NCBI GenBank assembly: GCA_964016885.1 | Contig: OZ024743.1 | Location: 365,676,001 to 365,740,000 of the forward strand | From: Eledone cirrhosa | Lineage: Eukaryota | Direction of reading: 5' to 3' | Length of the DNA stretch: 64,000 nt | Part shown: one piece after another, positions 29,801-44,730 of the stretch | Numbering within the stretch: position 1 is the first letter of the stretch | Layout of the letters: every line of letters starts with the position of its first letter | Translations under genes and position numbers: made by a program | Notes under the pieces: generated by a model | Databases searched by the model: none | Seen by the model: the letters and a program-made list of their open reading frames with translations, nothing else | What the model was told of the DNA's origin: nothing

Positions 29801-30306
29801 TCCAGAAATCTCTGGCCTGGCAGTGCTACCGAGGAGCCTTGCCAGTTCGGGATAAACTCTACAGGCATGGAGGTGCCGTCAGCCGGGCATGTCCGAGATG
29901 CGCGCAGGGCGACGAAACCGTCCTGCACGCACTCGTCCAGTGTCCGAAAATTGCTGACTTGTGGGTTTATGTCGAACACCTGCTGTCGCGTTTAGGACGG
30001 ATCCGGCTATCATCTGAGTCCATCGTGAGGATTGCCCCGCCCTCCTCCTTTAGCCGGGAAGGGCAGGCAGTTTTTATCTGCCTGGTGGCCATGGTGAAAG
30101 AGATAGTATGGTGGACACGTTTGAAAGGGCTGAAGACGAGCACTTACCTCTTCGGTGATGCTCTGATTGACTTTTTCAAATTTCATTTGAAAAGGAAAAT
30201 CAGAGTAGAGAGGGAAGTGCTCTCTTCCCAGCATTTTGTTGAAAGATGGGTGAGAGAAGCAAGAATGGCCCGAGTGAATGGGCCTACTCTGAGTATATAT
30301 CTGTAA
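26893..30306 (+). pseudogene. ORF2: APE endonuclease + reverse transcriptase + C-terminal zinc finger, one in-frame TAA at 28195-28197
   Basis: SINARGL, ISET, GDWN, YLDR, YTDH; PGLDGLP, FRPITLLN, DQSKAFDRV, QGCPLS, YADD; CPRC...ETVLHALVQC; the two ORFs share one frame. Confidence 0.9.
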
Positions 30307-30619
30307 ATTAAAGGTGGAAAACTGGGAGAGGGCACTTGCCTTGGTGGTCAGGGTCATTGTGGCTTTTTACTGGGCTTTCTCCACAAATGTCCCTCCGAAG
30401 TCTCCCCCCTATTGGGGAATTTTTCATTGTTATTTTCATTGTTATTTTTGTTACATCCTCTGTTTTTGTTTTTTTACACGCAGAAATGCCCATTTGTACC
30501 GTCCTGCATTGTCCTGCACTGTCCTTAATGTCTACTTTATGTAAACCCTTGTGGTTAATAAAGAAATCATTATTATTGAAACCATTATTATTATTATTAT
30601 TGTTATTATTATTGTTATT

Positions 30620-32135
30620 CTTTGAGTCTCAGTCATTGATGTTATTTAACTGGAAAGTTTGTTGAAATGAATATCAAGCCACTACCTGCAGATTCAGATA
30701 TTCAGGACGTATCGGAGGGTTCTTGCTGTTCCCAGCAAGTATTCCTTTTGAAGTGTTCCAAAAGCGGGGCTGGACTAATCTTCTTTAACTATCATTGGAA
30801 ACTTTTTGAGATTGTACTTAGTGCGCCTATGACAATCGGGACCACTTTGACTTCATGGCAGTTCCAAATCCTTTTTAACTCCCACTTTAAGTCCTGGTAT
30901 CGGTTAATTTTCTCCCTCTCCTTTTCTTGCACTCTCGTGTTAAATGGGCAGGCTACATCTACAATCAGGCACGATCTTTTTTTCCTTGTCCAAAACCACC
31001 AGGTCAGGCCTATTGTGTTCTAATTTCTTGTCCGTCTGTATCCTAAACTTTCACCTGATCGTTTTCTATCACCGCCTCTGGCTTATGTTCATACCACTTC
31101 TCAGAATGAGGTAAATTGTTTACTTTGCATAGGTGCCAGTGGGTCACCCTGCCAATCACATCATATTTCCAGCATTTATAGTGAGTCTGGGCTAGGTTTT
31201 ACACTCAGATACAATGTGAGCCACAGTCTCCCCTCTCTCTCCACAGATCCTACACAGTGAGCTAGCCTTCTCCTTGTAAATATGGTGTTTCACCCACTTC
31301 GTTCTGAGGGCCTGCTCTTGCGTAGCCATTAGCATTCCTTCTGTAGCCTTTTTAAGGTCTCCTCTTTTTAACCAGTTCCATGTCTATGGATCTCTAAATT
31401 CAGTTTTCTTAAAGAAGGTACTATGAAGGGATTTTTCATGAAGGTTGCTCTTCCTCCTTGTTGTTATTTCTTCCTTGGACATCCCCTGGTCTATTGTCTT
31501 CTCCTTCAGTACAATTTTGAGCATTGGCTCCCTACTGTCAGTCACGTATTTGTGCAGGTTGTTTTTCTCCATCTGAACACATTCCTCTATGCTGATAAGA
31601 CCTCTTCCACCTTCAGATCTCTTTAAGTAGAGTCTATCGACATCACTCCTCTTGTGGAACATGTTGTAGATAGACAATAGCTTCCTAGTTTTCTTATCCA
31701 TTTCTTTTTGTTCAGCAACATTCCATTTCAGAATTCCCACACTGTACCTAATAATAGACACAGCTCGGGAATTCACTGCACTTATGACATTCCTACTATT
31801 TAGATGTGATTTTAATACGCTCCTTATTCTCCTAATGTACTCAGATCTTATCAATTCCTTCATTTTTTGTTCTTGATGTCATCTGCCTCCAGAACACCTA
31901 AATATTTGTATCCTTCTTCTGTGTCAATTTCCTTTATCATCTCACCTGCTGGTACCTGGATTCCGTTGCTTCTGCTCAATTTACCCCTCTTCATCACTAG
32001 GACTCCACACTTATTAATACCAAATTGCATACATATATCATTGCTGAAAATACGGAGAGTGTCAACAAGTACATCCAACTCCTTCTCACTCTTCCCAAAG
32101 AGATTAAGATCGTCCATGAAGAGGAGGTGGTTGAC

Positions 32136-32137
<2 letters not shown>
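30620..32137 (-). mobile_element. R4/Dong-like RLE non-LTR retrotransposon, 5'-truncated and decayed
   Basis: NHLLFMDDL, YKYLGVLE, RLYLKRSEGGRGL, CRICGERGETVAHIVSEC, LLGTARTLRYVL; (TAA)n at both ends. Confidence 0.85.
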
Positions 32138-32165
<28 letters not shown>

Positions 32166-32167
<2 letters not shown>

Positions 32168-32526
32168 AGTTGCATTTATCTTGCTTTATGTTCATACGAG
32201 TTATCACCAAGTCACAACCAGTGACCTCAAGAGACAACAAGGTCCGCCATGTTCAAGGAAGAACATACATACTCACACATGCATCTTTAGTGTTTAGACT
32301 TGTGATGTACTTATATTGACAGAATCTTCCTTAGTATATGGGCAGTTCCCATTAGTACTATCTTTTGTATTTCTCCTATACGCGGGTTTCCTGGGATCTG
32401 AGATAAGTAATCATTAGACCCCTTATGTATCATTCCCAGAGCGCCTACAACCACTGGTATTGTTTTAGTTCTCAATTTCCACATTTTTCCAATTTCTATC
32501 TCCAGGTCCTTATACTTGCTCAATTT
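32166..32526 (-). mobile_element. Second R4/Dong-like 3' fragment
   Basis: KYKDLEIEIGKMW...IPVVVGALG...IQKIVLMGTAHILRKIL; (TAA)n flanks. Confidence 0.8.
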
Positions 32527-32528
32527 TA

Positions 32529-32615
<87 letters not shown>

Positions 32616-32617
<2 letters not shown>

Positions 32618-32900
32618 GAAAAGGAAAATCAGGGTGGAGAGGGAAGTGCTTTCTTCCCAGCAATTTGTTGAAAATAGGTGAGAGAGGTAAGCATGGCCCG
32701 AGTGAATGGGGCTTCTCTGAGTATGCCCCTGTAAATTGAAGGAGGAAAACTGGGAGAGGGCATTTGCCCTGGTGGTCAGAGTCACCGTGGGTTTTTTTAT
32801 GGGCTTTCTCCACGAGTGTCCCTCGGAAGTCTCCCCCCTTCCTTTGTTTTTTTTTTCTTTACACGCAGAAATTCCCATTTGTACCGACCTGTGCCATCCT
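32616..32900 (+). mobile_element. 3' fragment of the Tx1-like family
   Basis: Similar to 30186-30520; follows (ATT)n. Confidence 0.8.
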
Positions 32901-33000
32901 TAGTGTTATACTAATAACTAATACTTAATAATAATAAAGCTGAAGTGAAAATCAAATAGTGCGTGTGTTTTTATTGGCAGAATTGGTAATATGTATATAT

Positions 33001-33130
33001 ATATTTAATATGGATGTGGCTTCTACAGGACTAGAACTGTTTCATTCGGGAGAAATCATCAGGGCTTTCTGATGATTTCTCCCGAATGAAACAGTTCTAG
33101 TCCTCTAGAAGCCATTTCTATATTAAATAT
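33001..33130. repeat. Fold-back centred on a hammerhead-like core
   Basis: Arms 33001-33062 and 33069-33130; right arm begins CTGATGA-tttctcccgaat-GAAAC. Confidence 0.85.
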
Positions 33131-34158
33131 TTATACTCTGCTATGTATTGAGTACCATACTTACTGTGACTACCCCCCATTGAACCCGGGATAAACATAC
33201 ATATAAATGTGTGTGTGTGTATGTGTGTGTGTGTGTGTGTTTGTTTGTATGTGTGTGTATGTTTGTGTGTGTCTGTATGTGTGTATGTGTGTGTGTATGC
33301 AGAGAGAGAGGGGTGGGTAGAGAAATAAAGAGAAACATGGATAAACTTTAAAAAATCAAAAGAAGTAATTTGAAAAGGGATGAGAAGAAAATTGTTCCTC
33401 CACACATTCAAAGATAAGACACACTAGGGAACAGTTAATGTTGAATTGTAAGCAGCCATTACGCTTGTTACGCTTCACATATTTTCTCTATTCTGTTTGT
33501 AAACAATCATCAAACTAAAGCCGTAAATCTTATGAAGAAGAATACCAAAAAGAAACACTACAAGTTGGTTATTATCGAATGAATGTATAAGTGGCGTTTT
33601 TATTACTGTGTATACCTTGACATATATATTCACTCGTTTGGCGCCAAACTCTTACATCTAAGCTCAGGGACCTGTTCAGGATAGTTTTTTTTATTTTGTT
33701 AATGTTAACCCCTGTACGTTTGTTGCATCTATTAGTCCGTTAAACGTTATTGACTGTCCACTCTCAATAAATAAATATGTAGCCAGAGGTTTGTTTTTTT
33801 AAACATGTCACTGTCGCAATATTGAGCGGAAAAAACATCATTACAGAAGCAATTAATATTTGGGTGTTGCTGGAAATAGTTTGGCATACAACAAGGACAA
33901 AAATAATTTAGTGAGTCACCAGAAGGACCACTAGTACTATATACACTTTTATTGCTCATATAAAATAAAATGTGATCATTGAGGTTACCGCAGAATATAA
34001 AATGCATACATATATTTCGCCGCTAACAAGGTGACACTTGTAAAATTGTATTTATAATCTTTCTTTTGGAATGCAGGGACATTGCTGGTACTATTGAGAA
34101 CTTCTTAAATATCTACTGTATTCTACAAATATATTATCATACATACAAACATACGCAT

Positions 34159-34203
<45 letters not shown>

Positions 34204-34204
34204 C

Positions 34205-34238
<34 letters not shown>

Positions 34239-34336
34239 CGCGCGCGTCTGTATGTGTTTGTATGTGTATGTATGTGTGTAAGTCTATATCTATATATGTA
34301 TATTATATATATGCCATCTGAGTTCAAATCCCACCG

Positions 34337-35136
34337 AATTCAAACGCGTTATTACTCACATGTCGCATCTTTCCGACATCCTGAAAAAGATTTACAACAG
34401 CTCTGGCTAGCAGAATATGGGATTTGAAAGACCAAGGTATCCAATATAAATTAGATTGGTCAATTTTGAACCAATCTAAAGAATATGCAAGAGCAACAAG
34501 AAGATGCGCACTCTGCATAAGTGAAAAATATTGGATTTTACAGAACCTTAAATCACCAAAAACCTGCCTAAATGCAAAAACAGAAATTTTCACCAGTTGC
34601 CTACACATGAAATCACACTTGCTTTCTAGCTCATATAAACTTAACTCACATTCAGATACTTATCCTCCATAAACTCTTGTTCTTCACTTTCCTTAAATTA
34701 CCGTCTTTACAGACTTCTCTTTCTGATTTACTTTTATTTTTATTTTTAAATTTTATTTTTACTTCACATCCACCAGTGACCCTCCCCCCTGCTTTCTGAT
34801 TCACTTACTTTATATCTTCACAATTTTACATATTTTACTTCCCCCTTTTCTTTCACTACCTGATATTACATGTCACTTGCATTTTCAACTCCAGATATAT
34901 TCTGTTGTCCCGCAGCCGCTTTTATGTATGTTTACTTGCGTATAATTTGTACTCATTTATTCATACGGCTGGTTTTTATATTGTATCTATTCGTGTGAGT
35001 GTGCATGTATGTGTATACGTGTCTGTATATGTGTACGAATGCATTCGTATGTGCGCGTGTATGTGTATATGTGTGTGTGTGTGTGTGTGTTTTTATATCT
35101 ATGTTTTTTCCATACTTATGTATATGTGTGTGTGTG

Positions 35137-35200
<64 letters not shown>

Positions 35201-36123
35201 GTCGCGTGCGTGCGTGTGATTAGATGTACATGTATGTATATATATATGTGCTTCGTGTGTATGTATATACGCATGTATGTGCTTTTGTCTCTACGTATTT
35301 ATATATATATTTTTTATATATATATGTGTATGTACGAACCTATGTATGTTTTTTTTTTCTAGTGTTACTTTATAATTGATAACCCCTCCCTCTTACTTTC
35401 TCTTTGATTTAATTTTTTTATTCTCATATATTTTTTCCTTTTCATTTTCATATTTTATATTTTTTATATATGTTTCGACCTTCAGCCTGACACTGCTTTG
35501 ACTGATACACTCCCTTCCCTGTATATATCACTTGCATGTATGTGGTTTATGTGGTTGCGCGCGTGTGTGTTTATACGCGTGCTTTCATACTTGTATGTGT
35601 ATATATTTCAATCCTTAGTCCCTGAGTCTGTATGTACGTTAAGTCTATTATCTTACAATTTCTTTTTTCAACATATATTATATACGTATTTGTGGTCACA
35701 CATACACTGATATGCTTGCCCTCATATGTGTACTTACGCACACATTTTTTCACTATACACATGTATTTGTACATACACACATATGTACATTTGTCGGTGC
35801 ATATACACACATTTATACACATACACTTACTATATTTCCTTATTTTATTTTTATATATCTCTTGCATTACTTTTATTTATATATTTTTTTTGCCCGTTAA
35901 ACTTTTGCCTTTCTTGAGGAGATTTTTCAAATGTTTCACTATGTTTTAAATTGCCTTGTCTGACGAATGAATGAAGACGTTTCTTGCATTCGTCTTATTC
36001 GGAAAACCTCTCGTAATGAGGTAATTATATTGTATTGTTTATTATACATTAAATTTAGCTCTGTAACTTACATAGAGCACTCTTCACTCCTATGACTTTT
36101 TCAATTTTCAACAGAAATTTCAA

Positions 36124-36125
<2 letters not shown>
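34337..36125 (+). mobile_element. Penelope-like (Neptune-type) 3' fragment: GIY-YIG C-terminus, microsatellite-rich 3' UTR, hammerhead
   Basis: RYYSHVASFRH, WSIL...Y...RRCALCISEKYWI...LNAKTEIFTSCLH; ends at (TA)n. Confidence 0.75.
35949..36026 (+). ncRNA. Type I hammerhead ribozyme
   Basis: Helix I aattgccttgt/atgaggtaatt, CTGACGA, helix II gaatgaagacg/cgtcttattc, GAAA, GTA site. Confidence 0.6.
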
Positions 36126-36182
<57 letters not shown>

Positions 36183-36187
<5 letters not shown>

Positions 36188-36537
36188 CAAAAGTTAAACA
36201 AGGTTCATTGATTAATCAATGAACACAGCTTTACAATAGATTAGAAGCACTCAACGGGGAGGCCTCTGGAGTTATTAATATTAATTCAAAATATTAATAA
36301 ATATAGACATTCAACGTAATCAAAATATATTTTATTATATATATTTCGGAGGTACTGAGCTGTTTTTTCAGTACGTCCTCATCAGATATAATATATAAAT
36401 TGATGTATGACATACCTCAACTGTGCTGATGGTTCAATTCCAGTCTAAAAAACAGCACAGTACCTCCGAAATATATATAATAAAATATATTTTGTTTACG
36501 TTGAATGTCTATATTTATTAATATTTTGAATTAATAT
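36183..36537. repeat. PLE-end-like fold-back between (TA)n tracts
   Basis: Arms 36279-36368 and 36447-36537. Confidence 0.85.
36334..36392 (-). ncRNA. Type I hammerhead ribozyme
   Basis: tatat-CTGATGA-ggacgtactg...cagtacctcc-GAAA-tatatata. Confidence 0.7.
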
Positions 36538-36541
36538 ATAT

Positions 36542-37071
<530 letters not shown>

Positions 37072-37366
37072 GTTTCCGTGCATTCATACATTAGTGAGTG
37101 GATATAGGTTACGCGTTATTTCAAAGTTACATAAGCTTACGTAAATAATCCTGAAATCATACATAAATGAACACATGTAAGTACAGGTGTATTAGCTATA
37201 AATCCTTTGAGTGTGTCTGTGGTTCGGTGTATAATAATGGGCGGAGGCCATGATATGTGTATATATGTATGTTAGTAAGTATAGGGGATCATTTTTATGT
37301 GCGTGTGCGTTCTCTTTCCCTCTCTATTTCTATGCGTGTGTATGTGTGTATGCATGCGTATGTATG

Positions 37367-37397
<31 letters not shown>

Positions 37398-37495
37398 TTG
37401 TGTGTGTGTATGTCTGTGTGTATGCGTGTGTATGTGTTTGTATATATACGTGTGTGTGTGTGCGTGTATGTGTGTGTGTGTGTGTGTGTGCGTGC

Positions 37496-37616
<121 letters not shown>

Positions 37617-38002
37617 AATGTGTTGCAATGTATAAATATGATAACAATGGAGATAGGCTAAGGTGGAAGTAGAAAACAATGGTAGAGCTCTTCAATAGAT
37701 ATTTATTTGCAATGGTAATATATACATAAGAAGCTTCTGGCCCAGGTGTTATCCTGTTGTCCAGCTGAATATAGTAAATACTTGTCAATTTTGAGAGAGT
37801 AAAGCTGAAAGAAACTCTAAACAGTGTCACATCTGACCTAGTTTTTCAAACTTCCTTATTCTAGATTATATATATATATATATATATGTGTGTGTATGTG
37901 TATGTGTTTGTGAGTGTGTGTGAACACACAAGTTATGTACGTTATGCGTGTATATGTGTATGTTTATTTGTATATATAATATATATATATATGTACGTAT
38001 AA

Positions 38003-38082
<80 letters not shown>

Positions 38083-38322
38083 GTGCATATATATATATAT
38101 ATATATCAAATTACAAAATATGAGGAAATAATAGACAAAAATATACCTATTTTTTCTTCAAAGTCCCGACTGCAGTTTCGCTGAGCCGTGTTCAACTTTT
38201 TTCTGCACGATAAAAATGCATCATCGCTGTGAGGTGGATTATCAAGAGACCCCTCAGAAAAAAGGGACTGTTTCTTTCGTAGCAAGTGAGAATATCTCGA
38301 GAGGCGGAGGAGAAATTATCAC

Positions 38323-38376
<54 letters not shown>

Positions 38377-38884
38377 CGTGTGCGTATGCATGTATGTATG
38401 ATTATACGTTATTTTTATATATAATATACATGTATAAGTCTCCCTATGAATATATGTATGTATTTCATTCAAAGTTGAGATTTGATTGGTAAATATGAGA
38501 CCGACTTCTGTTGAGCAGCAGAATTATTCTACTGCGTTGTCCTGTCCCATTTCTGAACAATAATCAAAGTGGTTTTAGCCTAAGAAATCACAACCAGTAT
38601 CTTCTTACTTTCAATTCTTGTTTCTGAATGTAGTCCAGATATTTCCCATCATTAACATAGTATCCTTTTTATCAACCCCTGTCATGTCATTTTTTCGTTT
38701 CCTATTCCCTTCCATCTGGTACAATAGTTTGCTTTTTTCCCCCTCGAGTTAGAAGTAATTATAAATTGTTCAATATAAAGTACGTATCTACTTATAGTCT
38801 ATTGAATTTATACAAATCATCTTTTTTCTCCCATCATCTGTATTAATCTTCAATGTGAGGTTTAAATTTAGTTAAAGTTCTTTA

Positions 38885-39995
38885 TGCTATAAGACGGCGA
38901 ATTGTCAGAACCGTTACCGCATCACGTTGAAACACCTTCGATATTTATTCTGGCTCACAACTCACTAGTTTCAAATGCCACCGAGGTTAACTTTGTTTTC
39001 ATTCATCCATGGTCGATAAAAAAAAATTACCAGTGCTGGGGTTGCTTCTTCTCGTCTCTCTTTCTGGAAGAAATCAGTTTTCTTCTGACCTGAAGAAGAA
39101 TGGGCACCGCCGATTTCAATTACTCATGACACAAGGAGTTAAGGGCCCTTTGCATTCTTTAATAAATCTATACCGTAGTAGCTTTTTTTTTTTTTCGTCG
39201 TCTGAAAACCCAAGTTACAGAAAGTTTAAATCTAGTTGAAGTTTAGTACTCAGTATTTTCTTTATGGAAACAAATATTTTTCAACTATAGTCTCTATTAA
39301 TCTTCAATGTACAATGGAAAGTATAGAGGGAAGGTTAACATTAAGTTAAACATTAATATTCTGTATTACTATTTTACATGTTTCTGTTCATGAGATGTGG
39401 CCAAGCTAGATCACCTCTGTCATTTTTGTTTTGTTTTTCTTTTGGGTGTTTTATCTTTTTTTTTTCATAAACACAATAAATATTGATGTCTAATTTAGGT
39501 ACAAGCCATAAAATTTCGATAGAATATCAATGTAAATTTTTTATCGATCACGGGAAGATGAAAGGCAAAGTTGTCCTCGGCTGGATTTGAATTCAGAATG
39601 TACAAAACAAATACCACAAAGTCATTATATCCGACGCTGTACCGATTCTGCCAATACACCACCCTCAAATGATTTCTAATTTAGATAAAAGGCCAGTAGT
39701 TTGTGAGGAGGGAAAAGTCGATTATATTAACCTCAGTACTTAACTGGTACCTTTTTTATCGACCATAAAAGGATTAAAAGCAAAGTTTGAACTGAAAAGG
39801 TGAAGGACCATAACTAAATCTCACAAAGCATTTTATCCGACTCTCTTACGATTCTGCCAACCCAGAACTTGACGGATACTTTATTTATCGATATTGAAAG
39901 GAATAAAGGCAAAGTTAACTTGATCGAGTTTTAAACTCGAGACAAATACTATAAACCATTCTATCCGACGTGCTAACGACTCTGCCAACTCACCA
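38885..39995. mobile_element. Cluster of old SINE family A-like copies (one +, three -)
   Basis: Degenerate tttatcga...aaaggcaaagtt...ttgaactc...atccgac...ctgccaa units. Confidence 0.6.
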
Positions 39996-41640
39996 TTTGG
40001 TAGATCATAGGAAAAGAGATGACATGATGTGTGAATGATGCAAAATACAATATAAATGATAGGACAATTTCTGACCTCCTTCTGAATCGGAAATTTAAAT
40101 TATGATGATGTTCACCATTCTTTCTAACTATAAATATTGTTTGGTTGTTGCTCATTGATAGTATCCCGACAACGTGCTAAAATTGAATGATATATGTTGT
40201 TTTCATCCTTATCAAGCAAAATCTCACTCGTTTGAATGAACTTACCCAGCTGAATTGGCTATATACCAGTTTTAATTGCAGTTGTTTAAAACTAGGGAAT
40301 GATGAATTCCTTAATTAGAGGATTATAATCTAATTGAAAAATATCCTAAAATAACGTTTGAAAAAACTGAAATTTGAAAAAGTATCAAAATATCCAGTTT
40401 CATTTTCTAAAAACTATCATTGGAAAAACAAAACTGAAAATATGCATTTCAATACATGGTAAAATATCCAGATTTTTTTTTTTTTAAATAAAATTAAAAG
40501 GACTCAAGAATCAAAATTGATCTGGAAATAGAATTAAAAATAAGTAAAAGAAGTTTGTGTTCAAATAGATGGGAAAATATTGCAGATTAAAAAAATTGAA
40601 AATCGGAAATCGAAATTCAAATATGTTGAAAAATATAACTGCAAATAGATTCAGAATAGTGTTTTATAATAATGAGTTTAAATCTAAAATTGAAAAAAAG
40701 TGTTCGATTATAAAATTATTTTTTCAGATTTTAAAAAAACAATACATGAATTTTCAAAATCAAACTGAAAATGATATCTGAAAAAAAGTTGAGATTAGAA
40801 AAATCTATAACAAATGAATTCAAACAAAACAGATTAAACACTAAATATTTATGGACAGTATAGCGTATATTAGAAAATCTAAAATACAATTTTTTAGATG
40901 TAACTACAGTTTATTAGTCACAATGGGATGTGAAAATTTAAATAAATGGGATAAACATGCTATTGTTCATTAGAAAACAAAAACCTCTTTAGATATATGA
41001 TGTGTTGTGCATAAATATTTAATATTTAATTAATTACGCCGTCAACAAATGGACATTTAGAGGGTCGATTACACGTAAATCTTAGTTTACATTTAATATA
41101 AATAGCGTTTGCCTACAGCTTTCATTTTAGACATTAGGATATGATGAAAGACGAATTAGCCCTGAAATACACAAAATTGAGATTGAGTATAAATATTTAA
41201 TTTACAACTATGTTTCAAATTTTAATTCTATTTCTCCAATATGAATTTTATCAATTTGAAGTTTTAAAACGAACAAAAAAAAAATCTCAAATAAATTGAA
41301 ATGGAGAATTCTATTTCCTGATATATACACCCTGAAATGTCACTACATATAAATACATAAGTACTTGTGTATGCGTTTACATGTGTATATTTATGAATAG
41401 ATTGGTACGAATTTAGTTTTACGTGTGTCAGCATATGTATTAGCCACAATTTACAAGGAAATATTTAAAATGAAGATGAGTGTATGTTGACATGCTTGTA
41501 TATTAGCATAAAGTATACGTGTGTAGGGGTGGGGGGCATGTGTGTGAGGAAGTGACTGAAAAAGAGGAGGCGAGATGGGGAGAGTGATAGAGAGACTTTC
41601 ATGTATGTTTATTATTCACTGGAATGTTGACATGTGGATT

Positions 41641-41755
<115 letters not shown>

Positions 41756-42445
41756 TGAGAGGGAGTATTATTTTTACGTATGGTTGTATTCAAATTTCAG
41801 GTTGTATGCACACACATACATCTGCACGTATATATATAATATATATATATATGTATATATATATATATGTTCGCGTGTGTATGCCTGTACGTAAGAGCTT
41901 GTGTGTTTGTGAGGGGATGCGCGTGTGTCTGTGTGTGTGTGTGCATATGTTATGTATATGTTTATATGTGTATGGGTATGAATGCTAACATCAATTTCGT
42001 AGATAGAACGTTAAATGTCAATAGCAGGTGCATGGAAGCGGGCTCGATCCTGCATAATTAATTACTGGCCACCAGGAATAAATATATTTACTACGAAAAC
42101 AGAAATGTAAAATGAATGTAAGGAAAATCAGCAACGGTAATATTTTTAATAACAAAAACAACCAGGGCCAGTGTGGAGGGCTGTGTGTGGTCGCTCAACT
42201 TGCTAGGAATAGTTGCTAAATTTCCCTTAAATTATCCTGCTGTCTTAAAAACGTAAGAAATTGGATATGTAATGTAATCTTAGATAGATATTCTCAGTAA
42301 TGGAAATGGCGGTGCTTCTATCTACATTTTCATTTCAAGTTGTTTTTTCTTCAATGATCAATGTTTAATAATGGAGGCCTTTATTATTAGCAATCCGTTG
42401 TCTAGCTTCTATTGGAATGCAAATTTACTTTTTGATCTATTATCA

Positions 42446-42630
42446 TAATTGTTTTTACTTTTGGCACAAGGCCAGCAATTATCCCAGTGCATTACTGGTG
42501 CTTTATTTTATCGACCCCGTAAGGATGAAAGGCAAAGTTAACCTCGGTGGGATTTGAACTCAGAACGTAAAGAGCAGTAATTCTATGCTGCAAAGTATGG
42601 TGTCCAACCCTCTACTGATACTGCCAATAA
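42446..42630 (-). mobile_element. SINE family A
   Basis: Matches 21572-21750. Confidence 0.8.
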
Positions 42631-43081
42631 TGCAGGCATATTTTATACAGTTCTGACTATAAAACTCATAATACACCTTCAATTATAATATACTATACAG
42701 TGAAATTAGCTCAATATTTTGGGTAGACCGTTGCAAGTTAGGTGTAGCCCTAAGGTGCTCTGGAATCTCCAGCGGCAGAAGTATATTTCATTCTTCCAGA
42801 CTTAACGTCTATATACGAGGTCATCACTCTATATACGATGCCTAAACAAAAATAAGAAAAAAAGATAGAATGATGACAATTACAGTACTTTTGATTATAG
42901 GACTTCTCATTCTTAGATAACATTGGATAACTAACTAACAACAGCAACAACAAATAAACAACAGCAACCGCAAGATTGGGTGAATGGTCTAAATTAATCT
43001 AAATCCAAACGACAGATTTCAGATAGTTTTGCTAATCCTCCTCCTCCTCATCATCATCATCATCATCAGCATCACCGCTGC

Positions 43082-43112
<31 letters not shown>

Positions 43113-43967
43113 GTCGTCGTCGCCATCATCGCCAACATCAGCTGTAACAGAAAGGACAAGAGAACGAGGACTAAAAGGTCAAAGGGAATTACAGGACAGT
43201 CAAGAAATTACAAAATAAATAAAGATATATAAATAAGAAATACAAATGAAAAAACGCTGGAATTGATTGAAGATATTTTTTATTTGGCTTTTAGAAAACA
43301 AATTCCCGTGAAGGTTAAAAGGAGTTCAGATATGCTGTCTTTTTTTTATTTCTGACGACTGTTAATCACTACGGACGATGATAGCCATTCTTGAGCACTG
43401 CCGTCCCATGGTAAAAGATAAGAGAAATAAAATTATTTTATATGTTTATTTGTTTTGTAATCACATTTTTACCGAGGGAAAGAAATTTGGCTATGTTGTA
43501 AAGAAATTTCACTTGGGATTAACTTATTTACGACGTGATCTGGTCTATGACGAAATCAAATTGATTTGTAGGAGGCTGGAAGAGTAAATCAGTGTTGTAC
43601 TTGGAACTGATTCCTTCTTGATTGCAGGAGCGAATCGTTGATAGAATAAAATATTTCATTGAAAGAACAGTGATTTTGATTGTGTTTGTAAAGTGAGAGT
43701 TGAGCTGTCATTGTAGGAATTGTACTCGCGATGATATAATTCTCATCATCACTCGAAATGCGGTGTATTAGAGTTTCTATGTTAATGATACCGTATGTAT
43801 TAAACTAATGACTCTGTTTATATTGAGTTATAAAGTAGCCGATTGGTACAAAGTTGAAGAATTGCAAAGTTTAGTTGGTTGGTATGTTGTGTTGTTTAGA
43901 GAAGACTCCAAGCCCACAGACAATTGTGGAAAGCTTAGAAAACATTGTATGCCCCGATGAGACATGT

Positions 43968-44043
<76 letters not shown>

Positions 44044-44332
44044 AGAAACGGTTTTATTCGTACAACATTTTATTACATTTGATCAACCAACTTTCATCAA
44101 CTGAATTATATACATATATACATACATACATACATACATATATATATATTGGCCTCAGCCGGATGGCTGAAACAGGTAAAAGAGTAAAAGAGTATATATA
44201 TATATATTTGCTCTGTGTAAGAAATTAAGTCAGCATATGCTTACACATGCAGACACACGCACGATATACCGTACATTTGAACACTGAACACAAACACACA
44301 CATACAGAGTGAAATGTATAAAACACAGGAAT

Positions 44333-44730
<398 letters not shown>

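Larger units (their letters stand above)
25822..30566 (+). mobile_element. Tx1/L1-clade non-LTR retrotransposon, 5'-truncated within ORF1
   Basis: ORF1 zinc knuckle, ORF2 APE-RT-zinc finger, aataaa near 30557, (ATT)n on both flanks. Confidence 0.9.

Noticed and set aside
26980-30357. Antisense and alternative-frame ORFs over the Tx1 element
   Set aside because: Expected by-products of a GC-rich coding strand
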